From Nitrososphaeria archaeon (GTDB taxonomy: Archaea > Thermoproteota > Nitrososphaeria > JACIWG01), in assembly GCA_963752255.1 (NCBI GenBank), contig CAVVXT010000019.1, positions 32,001-96,000 on the forward strand: a stretch of DNA of 64,000 nt, given 5' to 3'. This document shows, piece by piece, positions 22,430-30,438 of the stretch (positions are counted from its first letter, which is position 1; each line of letters begins with the position of its first letter). The notes beneath the pieces are model-generated. The model was not told where the DNA came from. It searched no databases and saw nothing but the letters and a program-made list of their open reading frames with translations. A program made the translations under genes and the position numbers.

Positions 22430-22768
22430 ATGAGTAAAGCCCAAAGACGCAAATCAGGCAACAAGCAAAAAAGCCCAGTCCAAAGCGAAATCGAACGAAA
22501 AGAAAAAGCATGTGTTCTCTTCTACGCAACTTGGTGCCCATTTTCGCAGCGGTTTCTGCCGATCTTCGAAGAATATTCAAAAAGCAACCCAAAAGAGTGC
22601 CTAAGCGTCGTCATCGATGACAAGCCCGATGTCTGCGAAGAATTCGCCATCGACTATTATCCAACTGTGATCCTATTCAAAAAAGGCAAAGTGCACAAAA
22701 GATTAGACGCTCAGCCAGGAGTCGGCCTAAATAAAAAACAGCTTAAGGACCTCATTGAAGAACAGTAA
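22430..22768 (+). CDS. thioredoxin-like protein (CxxS)
   Basis: FYATWCPFS, YYPTVILFKKG. Confidence 0.85.
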   Translation: MSKAQRRKSGNKQKSPVQSEIERKEKACVLFYATWCPFSQRFLPIFEEYSKSNPKECLSVVIDDKPDVCEEFAIDYYPTVILFKKGKVHKRLDAQPGVGLNKKQLKDLIEEQ

Positions 22769-22879
22769 GGAGCCTAAAGCCTTGTGGTTTATAGTGGTGT
22801 TTGGTGGCTCTTAATTTTTTTGTGCTAATTGATAGTTAAATCTTTTTAAGTTTGTCAATTATAATACTATAGAAAAGCT

Positions 22880-23704
22880 ATGGAATCGAGTAAGGATCTT
22901 AGGAAGGAGTATCCTAGCGTCCTAGATCGAGCTTACAAGGAATCCAAGAGATATCAAAAGGTAGATGAAATTATGAGCCGAGATGTTATAACAACAACTC
23001 CTGAATCCACAATGTATGAAGTATCTAAGATTATGGGTGAAAAACATATAGGAAGCTTAATTGTGATAAAATATGCTACACCTGTTGCTATAGTTACAGA
23101 AAGAGATTTACTAAGTAATGTCTTATCGATTGGGATGAATTTGAAAGAAGTCACTGTTGAGAAAGTTATGTCCTTTCCTCTAATTTCTATCTGTCCAACA
23201 ATTCAGATAAAGGAGGCAGCTCAAATAATGATAGAGAAAAAAGGAAGACTCGCTGTTTTTGAATGCGGAAAACTTGTAGGAATGGTGACCGCATCAGATC
23301 TTATCCGAAGTTTACCTGAGGCACCTGAAACCCAGCTTAAGGTCGATGACTTTATGACTAAAGAAATTATAGAGTTTGATGAGAGAACTTCCGTTGCCAG
23401 TGTGGTTAAGGCTATGGGCCAGAGGCGCGTTGGCAGTGTCATAGTAACTACCAAAGGACTACCGACTGGCATATTCACAGAACGTGATCTACTTACCACG
23501 TTCCTGGCAAAGGATAAGACTTTGGATGTGCCACTAAGTTCAGTAACGCCATCCTCACTTATTACAGGTTCTTCAGGAATAAGCGTTCATGAAGCTGCTC
23601 ACGTTATGACATCAAAGCACATAAGAAGATTACCTATCAAGAAGGGCGATGCACTAGTAGGTATCGTCACAGCACGTGACCTTGTCGAAGCGTACGCAAA
23701 GTGA
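22880..23704 (+). CDS. four-CBS-domain protein
   Basis: Repeated IVTERDL / MVTASDL / IFTERDL / IVTARDL. Confidence 0.92.
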   Translation: MESSKDLRKEYPSVLDRAYKESKRYQKVDEIMSRDVITTTPESTMYEVSKIMGEKHIGSLIVIKYATPVAIVTERDLLSNVLSIGMNLKEVTVEKVMSFPLISICPTIQIKEAAQIMIEKKGRLAVFECGKLVGMVTASDLIRSLPEAPETQLKVDDFMTKEIIEFDERTSVASVVKAMGQRRVGSVIVTTKGLPTGIFTERDLLTTFLAKDKTLDVPLSSVTPSSLITGSSGISVHEAAHVMTSKHIRRLPIKKGDALVGIVTARDLVEAYAK

Positions 23705-24396
23705 ACTCTAGGTTTCCCTCTTTTTTTTTACCTAAAACTAGTTTCAGAGAAGGTTATTAATTGCACTAATTCCAAAAAATAAAAGGTATTTAAAAACAAT
23801 CAGAGGTCATAAAATTTAGGTCAGGAGCCTTCCAAAAAGTGAGCCTTTAAAATGCATAAAAATTTTTTCGACGACGTTATGCATCAAGACACGATAGCAC
23901 TTTTTTAATCTTTTTGTTTAAGTGAAAAGGTCTTTGTTGACTACTTTGCTATGCATCAGAGCTTTGTTCAGGATAAATGGCGCATTTTCTTAATGGCTGC
24001 ACAGTTTTGAGGAATGCTTCACTAATTATCATTGTGGTGAAACAATTTTCCTGTTTGCTGGTCGAATGCAGCGCACTTGTCTTTGCCTTCGAGGAAAAAT
24101 TGTTCTATCGTCAAGATAATTTTAGATCAAAATTCTATATATTTAATGTCAACTAACGATGGACATAGTTTGGTGGGATGTGAGTGGAAGAAGCCGATAT
24201 GCTTGACACCATTTCTTTCTGCTTTAAGTAAATGAAAGAAACGTAGATATTAAAGGAAAATATCTAGGCCCATTAGTTCAAGGCGCTTTGAGCATTCAAG
24301 ACTTGTAGTAGGATTTTTAGTAGATTTCCTTCAGCGCGCGCAAAAGTCGATGTCTCCAAACCCCATTATATTTAAGAAGTAGCTTGTTGTTTTTAA

Positions 24397-25179
24397 TTGA
24401 CGTGGTTGCCCATGAGCCCTCTTGGCCTGTTGATTCTTGCTTTTTGCTTATGTTTGTTTCTGACAGTATTTCTCGGCTCATTTCGACTGAAAACACCGCG
24501 TAGGGTGAGCATTCAAGGAATCGAAGATCCCCTTGCAGCGGAAGCTTATGATCGAATCAGCCGTATGCCCCAGTTTGGGTTATTCAGACAAAGTTTCGTG
24601 AAGAAACTGAAGAGGTATGTCGAAGAAGGATCAATCACTGACGTCGGATGTGGCCCAGGATATCTTCTGCTGCTCATAGCGAAGGAATTGCCAGTACACA
24701 AGTTGGTTGGTGTTGACATTTCAGAGGAGATGATTGCAAGAGCAAGAGTCAACTTTAGCTCAATAGGGCTTGGCGGAAGGGCTGATTTCAAGCTGGGCTC
24801 TGCTGACCACTTGCCATTTGAGGATAACACTCAAGACTTCATAGTGAGCACCCTTTCTCTTCACCATTGGGCTGATCCTCAATGCGCATTTGACGAGATT
24901 TACCGTGTCCTCAAACCTGGCGGGCAGGTGCTAATACTGGACCTACGGAGAGACGCTCGGAGAGTATTCTTTTGGCTTCTTTGGTTCGCTCAGAACGTGG
25001 CCCTTAGGGCAATTGGTGCAGATGTGATGAGGAAGATCAACGAACCAATTGGTTCGTTACTCGCCAGCTATACTTGTCGAGAGATCGAAGACATCTTGTC
25101 GAGGACTTACTTCGATGACTACGAAGTTGAAGGAAAAATGGGATGGATCTATCTCTGGGCAGGAAAAAAAGTGTATTGA
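24397..25179 (+). CDS. class I SAM-dependent methyltransferase (UbiE-like) with N-terminal TM
   Basis: DVGCGPG, GVDIS, LPFEDN, SLHHW, RVLKPGG. Confidence 0.9.
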   Translation: MTWLPMSPLGLLILAFCLCLFLTVFLGSFRLKTPRRVSIQGIEDPLAAEAYDRISRMPQFGLFRQSFVKKLKRYVEEGSITDVGCGPGYLLLLIAKELPVHKLVGVDISEEMIARARVNFSSIGLGGRADFKLGSADHLPFEDNTQDFIVSTLSLHHWADPQCAFDEIYRVLKPGGQVLILDLRRDARRVFFWLLWFAQNVALRAIGADVMRKINEPIGSLLASYTCREIEDILSRTYFDDYEVEGKMGWIYLWAGKKVY

Positions 25180-25252
25180 AGCCGAGAACTTAGTACACAA
25201 CATAGCCGTGTTTAAAAAGATATTATCTTTGAATAGTATACTTGTTGGTGGT

Positions 25253-26449
25253 TTGATAGGGGCTCAAAGTAAGATCTTTAAGGATAGGGAGAAACTGTCT
25301 CCCCGTTATGTACCGTCAATCTTGCCACATCGTGAGAAACAGATTGAAAGCCTTTACAATTCCTTCAGAGAAGCCCTGGCTGATCCTTCTAGAGCGCTAT
25401 TGAAGATTATCCAGATAATTGGACCTGCTGGCTCCGGGAAGACAAGCAGCGTTCTGAGGTTTGGTCAGAGGTTTGAACAGGACGCTGCAAGACTGAAGCG
25501 CGATATTAGACATGTCTACGTTAACCTGAAACTTCAGGGCGGAAGCAGAGTTGTACTCTACAGGTACCTTTTGGAAGCTGGGGCTCCTGAGGTATACTCC
25601 TCCAGTCTGAGTGCGGAAGAAATGTTGCGAGTGATGCTCCGGCAACTTCGAGAGAGGAAAAGATACCTACTGATTTCACTTGATGAAATTGACTATTTCA
25701 TAAGGAGCACAAAGGAAACTGGCGTGGTTTACGATCTAACCCGTCTCAACGAAATTGAGTTGGGGAAACCCTGTAACGTGTTAGGTGTCATCTTCACTGC
25801 AAGAAGCAAGGACTTCCACGAAAGGCTTGATCGAGCTGAACTCAGCACACTCGGTAGGATCCCGATAGAATTCTCCTCCTACACTTCCATTGAAATCGTT
25901 GACATCTTAGCTGACAGAGTCAAGGAGGCTTTTCAGCAGAGAGTTGTATCGGATGAAGTTCTAGAATATGTCGCAGACTTGACGGTAAGCTCTCCTGTGA
26001 ACGGTGACCTAAGATATGCCCTTGACCTACTTCTATATTCAGGTAACCTAGCAGAGAACCAGGGAGCTGAACAGATTCTGCCAGACCATGTCCGCCGAGT
26101 GCATGGGGAAACCCATCCTTCGATTACAGAAGAAGATATTCTGAACCTCCCCAAAAAGGAGCACCTTATAGCACTTCTGGCTGTGGTCAAATCGCTCAGA
26201 AACACGAGGAAGACCTACACTTCGATGAGAGATATACGTCTCAACTGTGGGATGATATGTGAAGACATGCACCTTAGGCCAACTGAAGACCTTGACGACT
26301 ACCTTCAGGACCTACACGACAGGCGGATAATCGAAATACGTTCTCTCAAAGAGATAGGCATAAGCGGAGTGCCAACAGAAAACCTTGGACTCTTCTTGGA
26401 TAGTTTGTTCAAACGGTTGGAGACTGGGCTGAATGTACGTCAATCGTAA
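25253..26449 (+). CDS. cdc6: Orc1/Cdc6-family AAA+ ATPase with wHTH
   Basis: LSPRYVP..LPHRE, GPAGSGKT, LDEID, GDLRYALDLL; TTG start 25253 after GGTGG, TTTAAAAA at 25211. Confidence 0.92.
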   Translation: MIGAQSKIFKDREKLSPRYVPSILPHREKQIESLYNSFREALADPSRALLKIIQIIGPAGSGKTSSVLRFGQRFEQDAARLKRDIRHVYVNLKLQGGSRVVLYRYLLEAGAPEVYSSSLSAEEMLRVMLRQLRERKRYLLISLDEIDYFIRSTKETGVVYDLTRLNEIELGKPCNVLGVIFTARSKDFHERLDRAELSTLGRIPIEFSSYTSIEIVDILADRVKEAFQQRVVSDEVLEYVADLTVSSPVNGDLRYALDLLLYSGNLAENQGAEQILPDHVRRVHGETHPSITEEDILNLPKKEHLIALLAVVKSLRNTRKTYTSMRDIRLNCGMICEDMHLRPTEDLDDYLQDLHDRRIIEIRSLKEIGISGVPTENLGLFLDSLFKRLETGLNVRQS

Positions 26450-26717
26450 AAGAGAAATCGAGGAGGGCCTTGGAACAATAGGCAGGATAAAGGTTATGGC
26501 AGAGCTGGCCAAGAAACCCAACGAATCCCTCACAAAATATTCTCTCCTAAAGGGTACAGGGCTAAAGCGAAGCGATCTGAACGAGAACCTCAGGCACCTT
26601 ACCAACATCAACTGGGTAAAGGAGCTTAGGGCCATACACCTCAGGTATCAGATCAACCTGGACAACCCCGTAGTCCGGGTTCTATACAATTTCTTCAAGG
26701 AGTCGGAGTACATTTAG
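26433..26717 (+). CDS. small winged-helix protein coupled to cdc6
   Basis: GRIKVMAELAK...LTKYSLLKGTGLKRSDL; overlaps cdc6 stop. Confidence 0.75.
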   Translation: MYVNRKREIEEGLGTIGRIKVMAELAKKPNESLTKYSLLKGTGLKRSDLNENLRHLTNINWVKELRAIHLRYQINLDNPVVRVLYNFFKESEYI

Positions 26718-26730
26718 GAAGACGGTGTTA

Positions 26731-26808
26731 ACCCCACCCTCTCCCCTAAGGTCCTTCATCCAATTAATATCGTCCTCTAGGCTATTTGTCGTGGAGGTCA
26801 GAAAGATG
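26731..26808 (+). promoter_or_regulatory. copy 1 of duplicated promoter/RBS/ATG block
   Basis: CTCTCCCCTAAGGTCCTTCATCCAAT(T/A)AATATCGTCC...TATTTGT.GT.GAGGT.AGAAAGATG shared with 27845-27925. Confidence 0.8.
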
Positions 26809-26863
26809 GCAATAGACATGAATGATGATACAGGTATCACTCCCATCCTCTAGAAATTAGAAA

Positions 26864-27295
26864 ATGGTGAAAGTGAATGGGGAAATAGATGTAGGCCGTT
26901 TAGCAGACAGTTTATCCGATAGGATGAGTAGCAGGATTTCTAAAGTCATTTCTAAAGTTATGAGGGAGGAGCTCAATTCACGTCTCCCGCCATCATATGA
27001 GATGAAAAAGTTCACGGATGAAATTCAAATACTGATAAAAGCTGCCTCTTATGGAAGAAAGAGGGTGTGGAAATCCATCCTCGTAGTTGGGACGATGGTT
27101 ATGACGAAGGATCTTACGGTAAAAGATGTCGTAGAAACATTAAGGTGTGATAGGACAACAGCCTACAGGATTTTGAAGAGGTTGCTCGAATTTGGTTTCG
27201 TCGAAAAGGATGGACGATTTTATAGATTGAATAGCAAAGTCTGTCCAGTGCTATACTCCATGACTAGAAGAACGCTTTTTGTGGTCAGGGAGTAG
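26864..27295 (+). CDS. HTH transcription regulator (C-terminal wHTH)
   Basis: LTVKDVVETLRCDRTTAYRILKRLLEFGFVEKDGRFYRL. Confidence 0.8.
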   Translation: MVKVNGEIDVGRLADSLSDRMSSRISKVISKVMREELNSRLPPSYEMKKFTDEIQILIKAASYGRKRVWKSILVVGTMVMTKDLTVKDVVETLRCDRTTAYRILKRLLEFGFVEKDGRFYRLNSKVCPVLYSMTRRTLFVVRE

Positions 27296-27366
27296 TGATG
27301 TTGCATGTACTATGCTACAAAAGTTTTTCCAACGTTGCATGTATGTAATATTATATTGCGACTTGG

Positions 27367-27552
27367 ATGAATCAAACGATTTCCAAAAATCGGCCAAATA
27401 AAAGGAAAATGCTAAGTCTACTTGCGATTCTGTTTGCATTTTTACAGGTTTTTCTTCTACTTCCTAATCTCCCAGATATTTTTACAATTCTATTTGTCAT
27501 CATTCTTGTTATTCCCATTATCTCTGTTGTATTGGGGAAAGGTAGGTTCTAA
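27367..27552 (+). CDS. small membrane protein
   Basis: 61 aa, two hydrophobic helices. Confidence 0.45.
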   Translation: MNQTISKNRPNKRKMLSLLAILFAFLQVFLLLPNLPDIFTILFVIILVIPIISVVLGKGRF

Positions 27553-27571
27553 ATAATGGAGGTTAAGGATT

Positions 27572-27754
27572 TTGACTGAAAAAGATAATTGGACTAAAAG
27601 GGGGGTAGAAGTTGATATATCAGTGGCGTTAGCTTATTGGTTCTACGAAATTTTATACAAAATGCAGAACATTACTGAAGCCCAAAGATACTTTCTTTTT
27701 ACACTTATTATATTCGTTGGCTTCTTCCTGTACTTTCAGTGGTTCAAGGAATAA
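27572..27754 (+). CDS. small membrane protein
   Basis: 60 aa, GGAGG RBS upstream, hydrophobic C-terminus. Confidence 0.5.
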   Translation: MTEKDNWTKRGVEVDISVALAYWFYEILYKMQNITEAQRYFLFTLIIFVGFFLYFQWFKE

Positions 27755-27844
27755 TCCGAAAACTATACTTTAGCTTGTAATAGACATATCTACGGAGAGG
27801 GATTATTTGTGTATTATATGACATTCCAGAAAAGCTGTATTAAA

Positions 27845-27925
27845 CCCACCCTCCCCTCTCCCCTAAGGTCCTTCATCCAATAAATATCGTCCCATAGAAT
27901 ATTTGTTGTTGAGGTTAGAAAGATG
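27845..27925 (+). promoter_or_regulatory. radA promoter (copy 2 of duplicated block)
   Basis: C-rich upstream element, ATAAATA TATA-like box, GAGGT RBS. Confidence 0.8.
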
Positions 27926-28915
27926 TCTGTAACCGTATTTGATATGGAGCTCCACGACTTAGAGGGTATTGGGCCGTCAACTGAAAAGAAGCTTAAGGAC
28001 GCTGGGATAGAATCTGTTCTCGATCTCGCAGTCGCCCTACCAGATGAAGTGGCTGATAAGATCGGTGGTGCGAAGGAGAACGCGAGTGCCATGATATTCG
28101 TCGCCCAAAAGGCGTTGATGGAAAGCGGCTTAATCGATAAGGAGTTCGTTCCAGCAATAGAAAATTATGAGAAGAGAAAGTCCATGATTAGGTGTACGAC
28201 AGGTTCGAAGAACCTTGACAGCCTGCTCATAGGGGGTATTGAGACTCAGGCTATCACAGAGTTTTGGGGTGACTTTGGCTCCGGCAAGAGCCAGCTCTGT
28301 CACACCCTCTGCGTGACAGCACAACTTCCAATAGAGAAGGGTGGATTCGGGGGAAATGTGATCTTCATAGATACTGAAAGCACCTTCCGCCCAGAGAGGA
28401 TTTACCAGATAGCTGAAGCAAGAGGGTTAGACCCAATCCAAGTTCTCAAGAACGTTATAATCTGCAGGGTCTACAACAGCAGCCACCTTGAGCTGGCGGT
28501 CAAAAGGCTCGGAAAATACATCGAACAGTACAACGTCAAGCTCGTCATTGTTGATAGTATAATATCCTTGCACAGGGCTGAGTTCGTGGGAAGAGGGACG
28601 CTGGCTGAGAGACAGCAGAAGCTGAACGGTCTCGTGCACCGTCTTCTCAGGATGGCTGAAATCTATAACGTGGCGGTAGCAGTTACTAATCAGGTTCAGG
28701 CACAGCCGGACACGTTCTTCGGGGACCCTACAAAGCCTGCTGGAGGGCACATTTTAGGGCATGCCTGCACGTACAGGGTCTACTTGAAGAAGGCTGGGCA
28801 AGAGAGGATCGCAACGATTATCGACAGTCCTTATCATCCCTATTCAGAAAACCGCTTTGTAATATCGGAGAAGGGAGTGGAGGATCCGGAGCCAAAGAAG
28901 GGCAGAGAAGGTTAG
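27923..28915 (+). CDS. radA: RadA recombinase
   Basis: N-terminal HhH EGIGP, GDFGSGKSQ, IDTESTFRPERI, GRGTLAERQQKL, TNQV, GGHILGH. Confidence 0.96.
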   Translation: MSVTVFDMELHDLEGIGPSTEKKLKDAGIESVLDLAVALPDEVADKIGGAKENASAMIFVAQKALMESGLIDKEFVPAIENYEKRKSMIRCTTGSKNLDSLLIGGIETQAITEFWGDFGSGKSQLCHTLCVTAQLPIEKGGFGGNVIFIDTESTFRPERIYQIAEARGLDPIQVLKNVIICRVYNSSHLELAVKRLGKYIEQYNVKLVIVDSIISLHRAEFVGRGTLAERQQKLNGLVHRLLRMAEIYNVAVAVTNQVQAQPDTFFGDPTKPAGGHILGHACTYRVYLKKAGQERIATIIDSPYHPYSENRFVISEKGVEDPEPKKGREG

Positions 28916-28940
28916 ATACCTTAAGGGGAGAGAGGTCGAA

Positions 28941-30092
28941 GTGAGCCTTCTCCTTGGAGGCGACCACAGGATGGGCGACAGACCTACGCCAATTATTCAG
29001 ACCGCTCTGGAGGACTTTGATGAGCAGAGGAAGAGGCAGAAGCTGACGACAGGCTCCGGTGACCTAGATAGCCTGATAGGTGGAATTGAAGGAGGATTCT
29101 TCTACCTGTTCTACGGTGAGCCAGAGATACTTGATCTCCTCATACATCGTCTTCTTGTAAACTGTGTTATGCCAGCCGAAAAAGGTGGCCTTGATGCAAA
29201 AGCAGTCTACTTTAACAACACCGACTACTACGTCGGCAAGACTCTAATCGATCCATCGAAACTCGGCATGCTAGCGAAGCATGTGGGTATAGATCCTTCC
29301 CTTGTCTTCAAAAATGTAGAGGTAGCGGCAGCATTTAATGAAGAAAGACAATGGTTTGCGTCAAAAGAGGTTGTAGATTTGATAAGAGAAAAAAAGGAAA
29401 TTAAGCTTCTCGCAGTCCACAACATAACACGCTTCCTTGTAAACTCGAAGAAGCCTAAGGAGTCCAAGGAGGTTCTGAAGAAGGTTGTAGGCAACCTTTG
29501 GAGGGCGGCATCTGAAAACCATGTAGCCTTCGTTATGACCGTTGATGCCATAGATACAGGTAAAGTATTGGCTCCCAAGCCGTTAGGTGGCATCTACATA
29601 AGGCAAGCAGCTTCAATCTTAGTTCATTTCAGAAAGTTCTGCGATGGGCCAATATCGTCCTATAAGGTAACGCTTGTGAAGCATCCATATAAGAGGGCTC
29701 CAGAGTCCATAGTGCTATATGTAAGCCAAGCTGGCTCTTTAGACCTAATGACAGGAAGGAACGTTCCATCCTTCCAGCAACTTTATGGAGAGTATTTGGA
29801 CCGCCTTAAAAGCTTCTTCCAGAACGATCTCCTAGATCTTGGGCACAGGTCTGCGTTTGATGTCCTGCTTAAGGAAGCTTGGAATATGGAACAGAAGGCA
29901 TTAAGCAACCTAAAGGAATTTACACTTTTGGATGGGCTGAACCTTACAGCATCAGTGGACACTCGTGCACTTATCGAGTCCGTTCAAAGACGCTTCCTCA
30001 CCATAGACGATGAAACTAAAAGGCTCGCTCAAGACATTGAATCAATAAGGAACAGGATCAATGTAACCACGAGGGATGACAAACATGGGTAG
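28941..30092 (+). CDS. inactive RadA/RecA-like paralog fused to a C-terminal arCOG07300-like domain
   Basis: LTTGSGDLDSLIGGIE start; Walker A replaced by YGEPEILD; KPLGG; C-term GRNVPSF...HRSAFDVLLKEAW homologous to the next ORF. Confidence 0.8.
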   Translation: MSLLLGGDHRMGDRPTPIIQTALEDFDEQRKRQKLTTGSGDLDSLIGGIEGGFFYLFYGEPEILDLLIHRLLVNCVMPAEKGGLDAKAVYFNNTDYYVGKTLIDPSKLGMLAKHVGIDPSLVFKNVEVAAAFNEERQWFASKEVVDLIREKKEIKLLAVHNITRFLVNSKKPKESKEVLKKVVGNLWRAASENHVAFVMTVDAIDTGKVLAPKPLGGIYIRQAASILVHFRKFCDGPISSYKVTLVKHPYKRAPESIVLYVSQAGSLDLMTGRNVPSFQQLYGEYLDRLKSFFQNDLLDLGHRSAFDVLLKEAWNMEQKALSNLKEFTLLDGLNLTASVDTRALIESVQRRFLTIDDETKRLAQDIESIRNRINVTTRDDKHG

Positions 30093-30438
30093 AATAACGC
30101 CTTCCGCGCGCACTCTTTATGAAGAAACGGTTAACGAGCTCAAATCGCAGTATCGGGGTAGTTTAGTCGATCAAGGCCACAGGCAGGCATTCGACCTCCT
30201 ACTCAAACTGGCATGGGAGACCGAGCAAGCGGCAATGGCTAACTCTAATATTCCTGTTGTGATCGATCGGCTCAATTTGACATCAAATCTGCATAACAGA
30301 AAGCTCATCGAAGCTCTTGCAAAGAGGGTGGAGGAGAAGGAGCAGGTCATCAAAGAGATTAAAGAGGAACTTTCCCAACTGAAAGCTCAACTGCACTACT
30401 CTACCACAACAGATGGAAGTGCTCCAAATGGTACCTGA
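30085..30438 (+). CDS. small PolB2-associated helical protein (arCOG07300-like)
   Basis: MGRITPSAR...HRQAFDLLLKLAW; located directly before the PolB2 gene. Confidence 0.75.
   Translation: MGRITPSARTLYEETVNELKSQYRGSLVDQGHRQAFDLLLKLAWETEQAAMANSNIPVVIDRLNLTSNLHNRKLIEALAKRVEEKEQVIKEIKEELSQLKAQLHYSTTTDGSAPNGT

Noticed and set aside
25049-25252. N-terminal extension of Cdc6 given by the ORF track
   Set aside because: Overlaps the methyltransferase gene; TATA box and RBS support a start at 25253.
25180-27922. Replication origin next to cdc6
   Set aside because: No repeated canonical ORB (TCCA..GAAA..GGGG) or long AT-rich unwinding element was recognised; only a partial TTCCAGAAAA near 27824.
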